A DNA stretch of 60,443 nucleotides, filler included, from Dugesia japonica (taxonomy: Eukaryota): NCBI GenBank assembly GCA_001938525.1. It is 6 parts of 6 records of this genome, joined end to end, with 100 filler letters (N's around TTAATTAATTAA, not from the genome) between each part and the next. Parts side by side here need not be neighbours in the genome. Positions count along the whole stretch, not along the records: positions 29,261 to 38,925 come from MQRL01585878.1; positions 39,026 to 47,681 come from MQRL01594406.1; positions 47,782 to 60,443 come from MQRL01592042.1; 3 more parts are not named here. The stretch is one strand, 5' to 3'. Below are positions 38,391 to 50,588 of this stretch, piece by piece; the stretch's first letter is position 1, and every line of letters begins with the position of its first letter. The notes under the pieces are model-generated. The model was not told the origin of the DNA. It was given only the letters and a program-made list of their open reading frames with translations, and searched no databases. The position numbers and the translations under genes are program-made.

Positions 38391-38925
38391 GAGAAATTAA
38401 CGGTTTGAGGAGTCCACCATTACTGTTTCTTCTCGAGTCAGAAATCGTGATATCATGAACTAATGAAAAAATAATTACCTTTGTGAAACTAAAATTTTTT
38501 CCGATTAACTCAAAATTTTCTGGTTAAAAAGTGTTAATTTTGTGAAATTTTTATCGGTATTTATACCGGTTTTTTCTACACCCCCATTTATTCTATTGGT
38601 GAATATAAATTTTCGACACTTTTATTGGTCAGACGGTCACATGCTTTCTTTTCATTGGTGGTTATTTTCGAACTTCGAAACTATTGGTCAACCTTCAAAC
38701 CCTTATAACTTTTCCCCTTTCCTTGCTATGGTTTTTTAAGTTTCATTTTTGAATTCGCCAGATTTTTCTCAACCAGAATTTTCTAGATTGATAATTTGGG
38801 CACCACTAGAAGTCCTAATTTTCTTAGTTTTTGTAGAAAATTTAATTTTCAATTTAAAATAAATAATTTTAATTCTTATGATTTATTTTATTTAATAAAA
38901 TAAATTATTTATTTTATTTTCGTTG

Positions 38926-39025
38926 NNNNNNNNNNNNNNNNNNNNNNNNNNNNNNNNNNNNNNNNNNNNTTAATTAATTAANNNNNNNNNNNNNNNNNNN
39001 NNNNNNNNNNNNNNNNNNNNNNNNN
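38926..39025. other. Artificial scaffold linker
   Basis: 44N-TTAATTAATTAA-44N. Confidence 0.97.
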
Positions 39026-39601
39026 ATTATATATAATAACTAGAGCGTTTTAGACAATTTCACATAGTTTTTCAAGATTTTGTTGGTTGTTTAACTTTTA
39101 AGCAAATGTAAATTGGTTCAAATATAGATATTTTGTAATTTTCACGATTACAACAAATAAAATTTTTTTCGTTATTATTGTTTAACTTCAAAACCAAATC
39201 GTTATTTTCACTATTGTAATTTCAAAAATTATTTTCGAAATTTTAAAAAAATTTGGCTAATTTGAAATATTTTCAATGAAGTTTCTATTATTATTATTAT
39301 TATTAATTTTGAAACAATTTTTAATTTTACTATTAAATTTTTTAAAATTATTTATATTATAGGTCGAGTGTCGCAGATATTTTTTTGATATATAATGCAA
39401 AATTCTGTGTACCAAAATTAGTATAAATCCAATAATAAAAAAATTGTCGAAAATTTAGATATTTAACAAAAAATTGAAGAAAATATATTGTATCTAAGCT
39501 CTTTAGTTTAATTGAAAATTGTAAATAATTAACATGGAAGTTCATGTATACATAAAATTTGTTTAAATTTTTAAATTATTTAAAAACATTCGCCATTAAA
39601 T

Positions 39602-41690
39602 ATGACTGCATATTTGCCACCAAATTTGTTGGCGCTTTTTGCAGCCAGAGATCCAATTCCATTTGCTATACCTATAGAACGTCCTAAACATCATCGTCCA
39701 TTGCCATATACTGGTATTGCTCAGTATGTAAAATTATTTGAAGATCCTTCCGAAACTCCAATTCCACCTAAAGTAGAAACTAGAGAGGAAAAACGAGAAA
39801 GAAAGGTATATACAACAGTTTTTAGGTACTATTTTTCTATAAAAATTTTTTAGAGAAAAGAAAAAGCTGAACAAATTGCTTATAAAGTTGAACAGGATTT
39901 AGCTCTTTGGAATCCAAATGAAATCCCAAGCGGAACAAAGGATCCTTATAAAACTTTATTTGTTGCTCGAATTGTTAGTATATTTTAAAAAATTTATATT
40001 TTATTAAAGTATTGTAGAATTATGATACCACAGAAAACAAAATTAGAAGAGAATTCGAAGGATATGGTCCTATTAAAACTATTAGAATGGTAAAAAATGC
40101 GATGAATAACAAGCCTAGAGGGTACTGTTTCATTGAATATGAGCATGAAAGAGACATGCATGGTAAGTATAATCTCACATTCCATGAGGAAATAACGGTT
40201 GATTGTTTATTAAATTAATGTTTAAAATATTTAAAATAATAAATTACATTTTTGAAATGTGGTTGAAGATACGGAAACATTGGTCAATGACATGATATCA
40301 ATATTCGGACGATTCTGAAAGATATTTGGTATTTTAAAGCAATCTATTTACCATTTGCAGAACTTACAAGTCATGTGTAAAATTTGATTAAAATTATTGA
40401 TTAGCACAATTTTAGTAAATTAATTTTAGTTAAAACTGCAGCAAACTTGTTATATAAACTTTTTGTAGTTCGACTTAACGTTGACTAGTTACATTATTTA
40501 AAATAATGTAATATTTATAATTTTTTATATGAATTATTGTTAGTAATTTTAAATCGGAAACTATTGATTATTAATGAATAGAAAGAAATCGATATTTGGT
40601 CGTAAAATGCAAAGTTGATACTATTTTATCATTTTTAGCGTTTATTACCACCAAAAAGTGTTTATAAATATTGAAAACACATGATTATGTAAGTTTTGGA
40701 AATGCTTTATTATCGGTTTGTATTTATTTATTTAATCAACTTGATCAAGAATTAACAACACGTTAATCAGCATTGTTACCTGGTAAGTTTTTTCAACGGT
40801 AAGGCTTGAAACTCTATTTTTTACTTCCTTTGAGATCTTTTAAAATATTTCTATTTTCTTTAGATGCCTTTGAGCCCATATGGCCTATAGAGCATCCCTT
40901 GAATAGCTTTTCGTAAAAAATCGAGACTATAGGTTTGTACACATGGTAGGTGCTGATTAATATAAATAAAATAATGAATTCTGTTTCTTTTACTTAATTT
41001 GCTGGAGTTCTGAAATTCTTTACTTTTTCAGCGGCATATAAGAATGCTGACGGTAAGAAAATTGACGGTCATCGGGTTCTTGTTGACGTAGAAAGAGCAA
41101 GAACGGTTCGTAATTGGAGACCAAGACGATTAGGTAAGAANNNAATTGAGAACTTGATTGATTTAATTTGAAATATAAGGTGGAGGGTTGGGTAATACGA
41201 GAAGAGGTCCACCAGAACAGAATTCTAAATACACAACTCGAGAAGAACCTCGAGAACGAGATTCTGATCGGCGCAAACGAAGCAGGTCACGAGAGAAAGA
41301 TCGACGAGATCGAGATAGAGATAAAGAAAAGGAAAAAGAGAAAGAGAAAGATAGAGGAAGAGAAGATAGAGAAAGAGATCGTGATAAAGAACGTGACAGA
41401 AAGAGAGATCGAGATCGCGATCATGAAACTCGTGGCGATCGTACCAAAAGAAAAAGTAACCATTTTATCGATTATTTCATCTGTGTATTTATTTTTATCT
41501 TTCAGGGAGTAGATCAAAGGAACATCGCAAACATAGAAGTAGGTCACGTGGTAAATCAAAAGACAGATCGACGGATAGATCTAAAGATAAGAAACGTAAG
41601 AAGGATAAAGATCGTGAAAAGGAAAGAGAAAATGGAGTTGTTTCGGCTGCAATTCGTCAGTATGGAGAATACGGGGCGGACATGGAATAA
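39602..41690 (+). CDS. SNRNP70: U1 small nuclear ribonucleoprotein 70 kDa (U1-70K); 6 exons: 39602-39805, 39854-39973, 40018-40162, 41032-41133, 41180-41455, 41506-41690; 343 aa
   Basis: Manual splicing at GT-AG sites gives an uninterrupted 1032-nt ORF. It has the N-terminal [30 protein letters not shown], then [17 protein letters not shown] (RNP2), [17 protein letters not shown] (RNP1), [38 protein letters not shown] and an RS/RD/RE-rich tail ending in TAA at 41688-41690. Introns are 48, 44, 869, 46 and 50 nt. Confidence 0.97.
40639..40804 (+). other. Candidate poison (PTC) exon with three alternative 5' splice sites in U1-70K intron 3
   Basis: Acceptor ctattttatcatttttag|cg ends at 40638. 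Spliced from exon 3 it reaches an in-frame TAA at 40665-40667. Donor-like sites follow at 40689 (tat|gtaagt), 40783 (ctg|gtaagt) and 40799 (acg|gtaagg). Confidence 0.6.
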
Positions 41691-43395
41691 ATATGTTGTT
41701 TGTATAAGTATAATATTATATAAGTTGTTCTGTTTTCACTTTGTCAGAGATTGGTTGAGATACTTTGTCTGAAGATGTTTGTCGTTGTTTGTATGCTATC
41801 ATATGTCGTTAGCATTTATATGATTTGCATTTGATTAATGTTATGGCTGCAAACTTTAACTTTGTTTGGTACATGGCATCTTTATGTATGTGTTAACCGC
41901 CGGTTTTTTTTTTNNNNNNNNNNNNNNNNNNNNNNNNNNNNNNNNNNNNNNNNNNNNNNNNNNNNNNNNNNNNNNNNNNNNNNNNNNNNNNNNNNNNNNN
42001 NNNNNNNNNNNNNNNNNNNNNNNNNNNNNNNNNNNNNNNNNNNNNNNNNNNNNNNNNNNNNNNNNNNNNNNNNTATAAATTCACATTCAAGGGAACGTGT
42101 ATTTTTGCTGGCTAGATAGTTATGATTTATTTCGTTTTTTTAAATTATTATATTGTGCATGATTATTTTATCCTAAAAACAAAATATACTATTTAGATTT
42201 TATATGAGTAATAGTAGAAGTTTTAACTTTTTTAAAAATGGTTTTTGGAATTATTTCAGTATCTAAGAATTACCAATAATAATTAATTTGGGTATATGTT
42301 AAAACAATTGAGTGTATATAATTAAAAGTGTTTATTTTTTATCGTATGAGGTAGATTAATTTGATAATTTTTGAACTTTTTAAAATAAGATACTTTTATA
42401 TAGTCAAAGAGGTTTTTACATATTATTAACAAGTTTTGAGTAATTTAAGATTCAATTGACTTTATTTACCAAAATTTCCCTAGTAATAAGTGTTTGATTT
42501 ACCTTTTTGTCGACAATACAGATTTACATAATAGGAGGCCACAAAAAACACTAATGAAATTTTTGAAACTTATTTCATGCTTGACATGCTTATGCAGTAT
42601 TTCGAAAGCTCTTGGTTTCCGTCATCACTTTCCTCTCAGTCTTTGTTATTTTGTACTGGGGCTTGGATAAGAGTAGTTTTCCATGTTTTTGTCACTCGTA
42701 TCAATCGATAAGCTGATGATTTCTGCACGCTTAATCACTAATATGTGACAATATGGAGGTTTTTTATTCAATGGACCTTGCAAAAATGATGACTGTATGC
42801 AGATTGTGACTATAATGTGATTGATGGGAGATTTTTCTTACAATAAAACCTCATATCACTTCAGTTACCAGCTTTTATATATTTCATCGGAGCATTCTAA
42901 TGATCTTTTTCCACAACAATCGGCGTTTCATATTTTATTCTGCTTTCCATCGTAACAATTTAGTAAAAGCATTTCATATTTCAACATACAATTTATAATC
43001 TATTATCGGTTTTTCATATTTCATTTCACTCTGCTTTTCATTATAGGAATTTATTATCAACATTTTTTCTACTTTACAAGTTTCATCATAACAATTTAGT
43101 TATTAGCTTCCAGAAATAATCTAACATTTAAAAATGATTTATTAATTTGCGTTACTATTGTATCACTGGGACGTTTTAACAAACAAGAGAATTTAAAATT
43201 CAAACGGTTGATTGCTTTTCGCATTCTATAAAAAGTTTATACGCATTCAACCAGGACGATAAATTTTAAATAAATTATAATTTTTAAATCAAAATTATCA
43301 GGCAAGTAAGAATTGACCGGGATGTAGCTCGNAAATTATGAGACAAGTAATTTATAAATATAAAATGATAAAAAACTGTTGTAAATAATGATATA

Positions 43396-44686
43396 CAGGG
43401 TGCGCTAGTAGAATTGGCGCCATTTTCTAAATGTAAAATCTTATAAAAATGCATTTATATCATTATTTTTATTGATAAATTTAATGTGATCAATGCTTTA
43501 TTCAAAAATGGAAATATTACAAAATTTCAACAAATTTCAGTGGGTCGAAGAATGTAAAAAAAAGGTCATAATGCATGCCACGTACGCCGGAATGACCAAC
43601 AATAATATTTATGAGAAATTGAAGTCACCTATGAGAACAATTCAAAGAATCAAGAAGCAGTTGGTTGATTCATACTTTAGCGTCAAACTGGTTGGTAACN
43701 GAAAAAATCACAATCGAGCAGAACAGCGAGTTAGAAACCAAAAATTGATTGAATATGTGAAACAGCTCGTTGACTATGACCCATCTATTTCAATGCGTAA
43801 GATTTCTTGACAGAAAGACACCTGCGACAGCACCATAAGACTCTGTGTGGAAGAAGATATTGGCTACAAGTCATATAAAATGAGGAAGGGACAGATTCTA
43901 ACAAAAACATTGAAAATTTGACTTCTGTTGAAGTGTAAGAAACTTTTGGAAAAGATTAAACATCCACTGAAGCCGAAGATATTGTGGGTTTTTTCGGATG
44001 AGAAATTCTTTTGTCAGGATCAGGCACACAATAAGCAAAATAACAGATAGCTAGCAGTGAGTCCTGAAAATGTGCCCAGAGTCATGAAAACCAAATTTCC
44101 AGCACATCTGATGATTTTTAGTGTTGTTAGTAGTGAAGGTAATGTTATGACTCCACATTTAATTGCGGAAGGTCTTAGGGTGAATCNNNNNNNNNNNNNN
44201 NNNNNNNNNNNNNNNNNNNNNNNNNNNNNNNNNNNNNNNNNNNNNNNNNNNNNNNNNNNNNNNNNNNNNNNNNNNNNNNNNNNNNNNNNNNNNNNNNNNN
44301 NNNNNNNNNNNNNNNTGTCAGAAAACTTTTTTGACCATGTTACTCCTCTAAACTCTCCTGATTGTAATCCGCTTGACTATTACGTATGGGGCACAGTTAA
44401 AGCGATAACAAATAAGACTGCCTGCAATAACAAAAACAAACTGCGAAATAGAATATGCCAAGCATTTCAAAATTTGTATCCTGGCGTTGTTAAAATGTCC
44501 TGTTTTCGTTTCAGCGGTCTGGTAAAGGTTGGAATTTATACTGATGGTGATTTTATTGAGTAATTACAACCTCTGGTGTTTAATATTACTGATATTTGTA
44601 AAATTTCAAATAAAAGTTCAAATTTGTAGTTTTTAGAGATATTTTCTTCACTGCACTTTTCGCGCCAATTCTACTCGCGCACCCTG
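43396..44686 (+). mobile_element. Full-length Tc1/mariner-superfamily transposon, probably maT/DD37D-like, with decayed transposase
   Basis: 25-bp TIRs CAGGGTGCGC(T/G)AGTAGAATTGGCGC at 43396-43420 and 44662-44686 (1 mismatch), flanked by TA on both sides. FSDEKFF and SPDCNPLDYYVWG motifs are present. The second catalytic Asp probably falls in the N gap. Confidence 0.93.
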
Positions 44687-44759
44687 TAGTTACAATATTT
44701 TAATATTTCTTCGTTTTAATATTATTAGAAATTGTTTTAATTTTGATTTTTAATAAATA

Positions 44760-46520
44760 TATTATATTTAAATGAAGTTTGATTATGAATAGAGAGTAAC
44801 TGGCGAGAGTTATTCGAATGTGTTAAAAGAAGACCAAAAAAGTCATGAGAGACAATCTCAAAACCAGCCATGAATTAGTTTTAAAACCAATAATAATGTA
44901 AGATTTAAAAAACCAAGAACATAAATGTCAACGTATCAGAGAAAATACGATCGGATGTCACAACCGGAGATTACAGAAAACAAAACACATTACAGAAAAC
45001 CGACAGTTTCGATGAATCAGCTAGCAAGATGTCATTTTATCAGATGTAGAGGGTTATTAGAACTACAAGAAGAAAAAATACGAGAAGGTCAATGTTGTTG
45101 CAAAGAACATGGGCATATGCGTTATCAATATCTGTTAAAAGACAATTGTTTGATTTGCGGAAAAGCTCCACACAATTTCCGGAAATGTTATCTTGTGCAA
45201 AATCAATCTAATAGCAGAAATACTAAAATTCTAGGCATCCCAGACGAACAAAAGGTACGAACTGACTGAGATGAAAGCTTTAAAAGGCATTATATTATCA
45301 AAGAAAAAACCCAGAACAACTCCGTTTTATACATTTTGTCATTGGAGTTTGCTTAAGAAAGAATAGCCCGAATCAAAAGGATGAAGACAGAAAAGATATG
45401 CATGAAAAAGAAGACGGAAGAAAGTGAAGCTGAGTGGACGTGAATGGGGTAAAATGGAAAATGTTATGGGATTCAAGAGCATCAGTTGCAGTTATGAGCG
45501 AAGAGTACTAGTTGAAACCATCGTTGTTATGTTGTAACGTTATATTAAATGGGGGTATTTTTGAGCAGTGGAGAGAGATAGTTGGGAAGTGTAGAACTGA
45601 GCGTTAAATGGAAGAATAAAGTGAGAGTTATGAAAATCATAATACCTAAAAAGATACAATCGCAATTTATTGGTGGGATAGATGAAATGAAAAGTTTCGA
45701 AATAAAACTGACAGAAGTTAATAATATTGAAACTAAATGTTTGAAAAGAAACTACTTCAACGAATTTAGAAAAAATTATGCATTAAATGTCTTCAAAGAA
45801 ACAAATAATAAAGATCTAAATAATTTAATTTCGATGTTTGGTGAAATATCCATGGCATCTAAGTTTGATATAGGACACACAAAACAAGTGGTACACGAAA
45901 TAAAAGTAATTGGAGATCCAATTGTTCAACATCTCCGAAAACAACTGATGCACTTGGAAAAGAAGATTGATGAAATGATACAAAATTTAATAAGTATTTA
46001 AGTAATTAGCAAATATAAAAGGCAGTGGAATACACCTTTAGTAATTGTTGGAAAGAACAAGGGTTCAATAAGAATGTGTCTCGATTATCGACAACTAAAT
46101 ATAATTCCTGAACAAATTTCACTTCTGATACCAGACATCTAGCTATTATTGGATTGCTTAGCATGTGCAAAAATATTTTCTTCAATTGAGCTAGGACAAG
46201 CTTACTACCAGGTAGAATTAGCAGAAAGCTCGAGAGTTCTTACGACATTTAGTATAAAAGAGGGTCAATTTGGGTTCAATCGGATCCCATTCAGGTTAGC
46301 AACGGCACCGGCAACTTTTCAAAAGTTGATGAATGATATGTTGACAGGGGTAATTTTTAAAGGTGTCATCGTATATCTAGATAATATATTAGTTTATGGA
46401 ATGTCGGTCGAAGATCATTATGAAATTTTGAAAAAAGTTTTTAACAGAATCAGAAAATCAAGATTGAAGATAAATCCAGAAAAATTTAAATTTTACCAAA
46501 AACTAATGGTCTTTTTGTGA
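44760..46520 (+). mobile_element. Gypsy gag-pol remnant (Zn knuckles, protease, RT)
   Basis: CLICGKAPHNFRKC; MLWDSRAS (aspartic protease-like); WNTPLVIV..IRMCLDYRQLN; AYYQV..PFRLATAPATFQ..VYLDNILV. Confidence 0.88.
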
Positions 46521-46861
46521 ACTTAACAAAATATACTCAGACAAAATATATTTGACAAAATAATGGTCCAAAAATATAAAATTGGTATGTAAACTGTTCG
46601 TGGTAAAATTAAACAAAAAAGAAAATTGGAGGAGTTTACAAGATATTGTGACAGTAATGCAGGTCCTTCAAATCGAAAAACTTTCAAGATCCCATCATAT
46701 AAATATTTAGATTCGGACATGCTTAAATAGTTCAATCAAAAACAAACAGTAGGGATGTCAATTAACGGTTCAATGTGTACAAATAAAGCCAAACTATTTC
46801 ACATAGCATTGGGGTTAAGTGGACAATTCAATCCTTCATATTTCAATCCAAGGAGAACATC

Positions 46862-47060
46862 TTTTGTCATAATATATTTTGTCTGAATATATTTTCTCAT
46901 AATATATTTTCTCATAATATATTTTCTCATAATATATTTTATCATAATATATTTTGTCTGAATATATTTTCTCATAATATATTTTCTCATAATATATTTT
47001 ATCATAATATATTTTATCATAATATATTTTATCATAATATATTTTGCCTGAGTATATTTT
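46862..47060. repeat. 15-bp minisatellite (CATAATATATTTTCT-like, about 13 units)
   Basis: Directly visible tandem array. Confidence 0.9.
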
Positions 47061-47681
47061 GTTCTACCACCATCCCAGCGTATTGAATTTATTATTGTGG
47101 AATTTACATACATATATTTATAGCTTTTAAGGAATCGATTATGTAATAATGTTCGAGCACTTTAAANNNNNNNNNNNNNNNNNNNNNNNNNNNNNNNNNN
47201 NNNNNNNNNNNNNNNNNNNNNNNNNNNNNNNNGGGTTTGGGGGTTGCGTATGAAAAAAGATCATTTTTTGATGCGACTTAGAGATTACAAACTGAATATT
47301 CGAATATATTTGTGTGTTAGTTGACTATTTGATATTCGAATATTTTTGAACGATACAAAATTATAAAATATAAAAATTCAATCAAAGTAAGCTTTGGAAA
47401 GTTTCAAAGAGTCGCATTTTGAATTTTCGTAATGTGTTTTGTGTGACATTATTTTAGTTGGCTTTTGAAAAATAGTCACAATAAGTAATTGTTATTGTCA
47501 TTAAAAATTTTAATGATTAAAATAAATCGCAATCAATTGTTACTGTTAGATAATTCTGTAACATTCATCTTTGCATTTAAAAATTGAACACTTTTCATTC
47601 TAAGATTTGTTGGGGTTTTATCTAAGTGAGTTGACAAAATCTAGGGTAGTTGACCTAATAAAACCCTTCGAAGAATTTAAT

Positions 47682-47781
47682 NNNNNNNNNNNNNNNNNNN
47701 NNNNNNNNNNNNNNNNNNNNNNNNNTTAATTAATTAANNNNNNNNNNNNNNNNNNNNNNNNNNNNNNNNNNNNNNNNNNNN
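47682..47781. other. Artificial scaffold linker
   Basis: 44N-TTAATTAATTAA-44N. Confidence 0.97.
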
Positions 47782-48139
47782 AAAATCAACAGATTGGGCA
47801 CATCTTTTACCGGAAATAGAATTTACAATGAACGCAACAAAGCAGAAGACTACTGAAAAGAGCCTGGCTGAGATCGTTTTTGGAAAGAAAATTAGCAGAG
47901 AAAAGTGGTACGAGTCAGAAGTTTCAGATATTATTAAAGAAAACATTTCAGACGAAATTACTAAAAGAGAATTCAAAGTGGGCGATTATTTACTCATCAA
48001 GGTAGAAACAAGAAATAAAAGTCAAGACAGATTTGAGGGACCTTATCGAATAATGGAGAAAATTTATGAAAGGCGGTATGCAGTACAAGGAGAAAATGGA
48101 CAGTGTTTAGAAAGAAATTTGGAAAAACTTAGAAAGTTT
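47782..48139 (+). pseudogene. Gypsy integrase C-terminal fragment
   Basis: DWAHLLPEIEFTMNAT..EIVFGK..FKVGD..RFEGPYRI; related to 13520-13880. Confidence 0.85.
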
Positions 48140-48389
48140 NNNNNNNNNNNNNNNNNNNNNNNNNNNNNNNNNNNNNNNNNNNNNNNNNNNNNNNNNNNNN
48201 NNNNNNNNNNNNNNNNNNNNNNNNNNNNNNNNNNNNNNNNNNNNNNNNNNNNNNNNNNNNNNNNAAATAAAAAATGTCTAACAATATGAATTCTGATTTT
48301 CAAAATGAATCAACAATTGAAGATTTACCTAACATTGTCAACTAACGAAACTTAGAAAGATTGTAAAACAATTTATTAAATAAATCTTA

Positions 48390-49657
48390 GTTAGTTAATC
48401 TTGTTTTCATTGTGTTTGTACTATTAATTGTTTTATATAAAATAATAAGACACCGGTAATGAAAAACATCAGTAATAACTAAAAAATTAAAATATTTATT
48501 AACATAACAAATCAATTCTATCTTTTTAATATTTTTTACTTTCCATATCGGTGCTACATTGTTTTCCAATCTTTTATATCCTAGTATTTCTGCTGTAATC
48601 ATTGTTTTACTAGAATTTTCATAAAAGATCTCTTCTTTCAAGCTGATGAAGGATGTGTCTGTTATTTTTAATTATTTGTTGATTCTCAAAAACAATTCAT
48701 TCAATGTTGATTGATCATCTAAGCTTATTTCAGTAATGAGCATACTAAATGTACATTTATGAATTTTAACAGGTTTCTTAATCAAACTATTAATAAAGTA
48801 ATCGAAAATAATATTACCTGGAAAGTATAAATCATAGTCTTCTTGAAAAAGTTCATTTCACATTTGTAGTACTTATGTGGCTTACCACATTTGATCTCAC
48901 AAGATGACGAATTATCTTTTGTAAGCGTAATGAACTTCATTTTTAAAATAATGAAAATATAAATAAAAGATATGTTTTATATAGTAGTAAGTATGTGTGT
49001 GTGTAATAAAACTTCATGTGTTTTTCAAATTGAAGAAGTAAAACAAATGATTATTAATTTAAATCAAATTTCGTTTATTTTAAATTTATATATATTAATG
49101 TTAATATTACCGAGAAACATTAATATTAATATTGCCCGGGGAATATTTAATGTTAATATTGCACGGGGGAATATTTTATGTTAATATTATCTGGGAAAAT
49201 CACATTCAATAAATTTGTTTAATTTAAACAAAGATAAGCTTTTCAATAACTTTTCTATGAAGATACTCAAAATTAATAATTTCATTAAATTTAAACAAAT
49301 AATAATTTATTTCAATTAACTTAAACAAAGAATCATTAAACCACTTAATTTAAACAAAATAAATACCGTGACATCGTCATTACGCAATCATCAACATACC
49401 GACTAAATTTCGACCAATCAAATTGCATTATTACTACCGCAATTAAGTAATCATCAAAAGAAAAGTTTGGTCAATCAAATCGTTAGAAATATGTTTGCAA
49501 CCAATGAAATTGAAGCACCCAAAAAATTCCGTAATGGCACCAATTACGTAATCACATACTTGAAATTTCGACCAGTCAAATTGCAGGAAACATGTGTGCA
49601 GCCAATCCCATTGAAGCCCGAGAAGTATGTGGGGCCACGTGCACATATTCAACTACT
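48390..49657. mobile_element. Probable Polinton end: penton-like remnant (minus strand, 48390-48870) plus repeat/CCAAT-rich terminal region ending in ACTACT
   Basis: LYFPGN..LIKKPVKI..ITEIS and AEILGY motifs; four ~27 bp tandem repeats at 49100-49200; CCAAT cluster at 49410-49610; actact at 49652-49657. Confidence 0.45.
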
Positions 49658-49809
49658 TTTCTTTCTTACTGGTTTTTCTTGAATAATTAGCACTTCTTCT
49701 AAAATAACAAATTCTTTAAAAGATTCATTAAATTCTTCAATGCAAGGAATTTAAAGAATCTCATCGGTATTTCTGGAATCTTCTTTTTCAACAGTTTTTA
49801 ATAGGTTTT

Positions 49810-49966
49810 AAAAGTCAATTCCTGACGAAGAAAAAGTCGAAATATAAAATTATTATCAAAAACCAAAAAACAAATTTTTATTGAAGCTTTTATTTTAATG
49901 AATTCTGAAAAACGATAAATGGTTACGTCCAGCAATTATTTTACCAATAATTGCAATTGTAAAATT
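49810..49966 (+). repeat. Solo Penelope pLTR with degenerate hammerhead
   Basis: gtcaattcctgacgaagaaaaagtcgaaat..gaagcttttattttaatgaattctg..caataattgcaattgtaaa is homologous to 25001-25157. Further partial copies lie at about 10119-10190 and 29397-29458 on the minus strand. Confidence 0.8.
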
Positions 49967-50588
49967 ATATTTTTAAATTAAATAAAAAAAATCTATTAGT
50001 AAACTTTGTGATTAACATTTATTGAATAATTTAAATGAGTTCATTGTTAATTTTTTTCAAACTGGTGATGATCCTAAATTTGAAAATGATACGCATATGA
50101 TTGAAATTTATAAACATAAATCTAAAATACTTTTGTACTTAACAATGAGGTTCTCAATAAATTTAAAAGTAGATGGTTTATCAATTATATATATACTTGA
50201 TATAAATTTAGTAAAAATAAAAAGGAAATGGATAGTTAAAGGTTTTTTTAAGATATTTAAACCATTTTATTTCCTTGAAAAACTATTGGAACTTTATTTT
50301 ACATTGAGTAAAATATATTTATTTTGTTTTTCATTGATATTGTGATATTCCTTATATTTTTAAATCACTATAATAATTCCTGGAATTGTTAAACATTTTG
50401 ATTATAACTTTATAGAACAAAAATATTTTTCAATTTTTATAGAAGATTCAAAAGTTAATTCTAATTTTAAACAAGTAAAAAACATTACTTTAATTGTACC
50501 TGAAAGAATTTATATATTTTTAAAATTTTAATCTCAAATGATCTAACATTTGCAAAAGTATTATTATCTAAATTATCTCTTAAATAAA

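Noticed and set aside
40280-40325. Possible intronic C/D snoRNA (atgacatgat..ctga)
   Set aside because: No canonical RUGAUGA box C, too short, and no convincing terminal stem.
41168-41772. ORFs 41168-41512, 41188-41772 and 41287-41559 as separate genes
   Set aside because: They are alternative or unspliced frames of U1-70K exons 5-6.
46799-47113. KYIMR-repeat protein
   Set aside because: By-product of a 15-bp minisatellite with no other coding evidence.
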